Shown here: positions 61,408 through 64,000 of the stretch, piece by piece
How positions within the stretch are numbered: position 1 is the first letter of the stretch
Layout of the letters: each line of letters begins with the position of its first letter
NCBI GenBank assembly: GCA_046563655.1
Contig: CM102283.1
Location: forward strand, 620,001-684,000
Origin: Yuukianura sp. NJ FZ-2021
Taxonomy: Eukaryota
Direction of reading: 5' to 3'
Length of the DNA: 64,000 nucleotides
The notes under the pieces: model-generated
The model's database searches: none
Seen by the model: the letters and a program-made list of their open reading frames with translations, nothing else
What the model was told of the DNA's origin: nothing
Made by a program: the position numbers and the translations under genes

Positions 61408-62775
61408 ATGGGAAACAACAACTCAAGTCCTGCTGCTGGCGTGTCAAGTACTACTTCATCTGTGCCGAAGACCGAAGACGAATGTATCTATTGCAAACCT
61501 ACTCCGCCATCGTCTCCTTCACAATTACCGAGTTCACCGTCTTTGAACAAATCTGAGTGTCCTGTAAAGGAAGGAACTACAACGAAGGATGTGAATGCAA
61601 ATCTCAACTGCCCGGTCACTAATCAATCAGCTGGATCCTCCTGTCCCGTAGCTCCCAATGCGTCGAAGGTAACTTTAGAAATGGAGTTTTACATTTGATT
61701 TGGGTTTAACTTGACGATCTCTGCTACCAGGGTGGTGGTGACGATGGATGGAGGTCCGAGTGTCCAGCGTCCGACGCCATGAAGATTCGTCTAATCAACG
61801 ATCCACAGACAGCTGATTTAGATCCTACGAACATGGTAAGACAGGCTACGAGAAACGGCTTACTTTTGAAATTACTAATTGGTTTTGAAATTATTGACAA
61901 GCGACTACTGACTGCGCATGTACTTAGTTTGTGCACTTCTTAGGATATGTGTAAAGCACATTCGCAAACGCTTTGACAGTAAACAAAAGCCACTCATTTG
62001 TCTTATGTGGGTCCTGTCTAAACACTCTGAAAAGTTTGACTAACTTAGATTTTTTGTCTGTTTTGAGATGCCGCCGCCGAATCAACGTCCAGCGCCTGAT
62101 CAGCCGTTTCCATTGCCAACAGATCGTGTCACGTCTTCAATTCCAAAGGCAGGAACTGATGAGCGGTGGGTGTATCCCTCACCACAGGTACAGCGTAGTG
62201 TATAATTTGTCGAACAGCCATCTAAATTTTACACGATCTATTAAGAAAATCTACTTCTACACAGATGTTCTGGAACGCAATGCTGCGTAAAGGATGGAAA
62301 TGGAAAGAAGATGATTTGAATCCAAAGGATATGAATGCCATCATCTCAATTCATAATGCCAATAATGAGGAGGCCTGGAAGGAAGTTCTCAAATGGGAAG
62401 CCCTTCATGCCAGGGACTGCTTAGCGCCTAAACTCAAAAGTTTCTCTGGTCGTGCTCAAGATTTTTCTCCTCGGGCCAGATTCCGAGGCTGGTAAGTTTC
62501 GTAGTGACGTTCAAATCCAAATTCAAACCCATTGCTTTACTCAAGTTGTTGATTTGTTAAGGTTGGGGTACGAGATGCCTTTCGATCGTCATGATTGGGT
62601 TGTTGATCGTTGTGGAAAAGAAGTTCGTTACATTATTGACTACTACGATGGCGGACCAGTGGATGCTGACACAATGCAGTTTGCTCTCCTCGACGTACGT
62701 CCAGCCATGGATTCAGTCGAGAATATTTGGGATCGGATGAAAGTCGCTTACATGCGATGGCGTTTCGCAGACTAA
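61408..62775 (+). CDS. HCCS: Holocytochrome c synthase (cytochrome c heme lyase); exons 61408-61668, 61731-61835, 62068-62187, 62265-62491, 62562-62775
   Basis: MGN N-terminus with three CPV heme-regulatory motifs. [61 protein letters not shown]. Confidence 0.95.
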
Positions 62776-64000
62776 CCTCCACCAGCACCACCTCAATTCA
62801 AAAGTCAAGTAGGAGTTAGCCAAATTCTAAAGCAGTTTTATAATGGTTAGTGCACCGTATTGTTCAACATGAAATCTCCCGTTGAGTTACCCAAAAACCA
62901 ATGAGCCAAGGAAGCATAACATTAAAACCAAAACACGATCAAAGTCAACATAGGGCACGTGTCATTGCGTAAGTATTTTTTTAGTCGTGTCCATTTATGG
63001 CCAGCAACAAAAAGTTTGGTACGAAAGTGAAAGTGAAGTCAAAACGCCCTCGCTCTTTTTAATTGACATTGAAACGAATCAATTCTGTCAAAGATTAGAG
63101 AGCCTGGAGCGATGATTTTGGAATTTTCAGTTTTCCAAAATTTTAAAATTTACTCTTGGGTTGGGAGTATTTTTTTTTTTTATAAAAAACAATTCTACCT
63201 TTTTAACATCGGAATTGCCCTAGCTGATCTCATCGCGATACTCCTAAAATTCATGTTTTGTAGAAACATAGGCCGTCTCACTTGACGAATTTGGATTTTG
63301 AAATGAATAATGGACTCGCCACGCCCAGTCACTGTTGATTGGGAAAATGAAATCAACGGATGAACAACCAGCACCCCACCCTCCAGCTTCATCCTCAAAG
63401 CAATCTACTTTGGATTTAAAAAAGTATGTTACATTTTCGAAAACATTATTTTCATGTTTCATAAAAATTACAATATAAAAATTAACACTTCCGCTTTATA
63501 ACTTTTCAGGCACGTGGGATTACTCCAACACGGTAGCATTGAATGCTTACTTCAACAATGGAATACCTGCTGCAACAATGTGTCTCACCTGTCGGCCTTT
63601 ACATCTCTCCTCAAATGCTAATGAATGAAGAGGAACCTACCTAACAATGTAAAGTTTGGACACAAAAGGATGTGCGAGAAGAGAGATGAAATTGTTGAGC
63701 TAATCCACCTTAGCATCCAACCAATCCCTCCAACATCACAATCAAATACGACGGTAACCCCCAAAACACAATTTTTACAACGGAATTCATGAACCCCCAA
63801 CTTGAACACTGGGAGAACCAACCCCTTCGTCTTCTCGCCACTTTGCAAGTGGAAAGTCACAAAACACCATTCCTCTTCAGTTGGAATCCACCGACGACAT
63901 TTCTCACCTCACTTCAATCTTCAGGTGACTCAATTAATCAACGACAGGGTTTTAGGCTTAAGAGAAATAGAGGTCATCTTGTTTATACTGTACAAGTGGA

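Noticed and set aside
63500-64000. Possible exon after an acceptor-like ttttcag
   Set aside because: All three forward frames stop within about 130 bp and no motif is recognisable.

Overview
AT-rich eukaryotic genomic DNA with short GT-AG introns, from an animal and most likely an arthropod. A soil hexapod such as a springtail is a guess from gene content only. Genes in order: the 3' part of a berberine-bridge-type FAD oxidoreductase; a secreted Cys-rich DUF4789-like gene; a small membrane-protein (pseudo)gene; three tandem lysosomal-type histidine acid phosphatases, each with a frame lesion as assembled; two Cys-rich EB/EGF-like secreted paralogs; Hsp70 copy 1; Cdt1; a Tret1-like sugar porter; a small secreted/GPI-like protein; Hsp70 copy 2; about 24 kb of mobile DNA; Hsp70 copy 3; and holocytochrome c synthase (HCCS). 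The mobile block contains nested MITEs including a Transib-like one, an HCCS pseudo-fragment, a 231-bp tandem array split by a near-intact BEL/Pao LTR retrotransposon, two DDE+SWIM transposase remnants, a HINE/DINE-1-like element, and Tc1-, hAT- and PIF-type MITEs. Hsp70 copies 2 and 3 with the HCCS 5' end form a segmental duplication. The most notable observation is a MITE-like insertion in a phosphatase exon that has GT..AG boundaries and restores the reading frame if spliced, a candidate transposon-generated intron. The next is a pair of TAA/TTAA-flanked elements with non-complementary GGAC..ACACC ends. I cannot claim a new multi-gene system. All family assignments come from motif recognition by eye, not from database searches.
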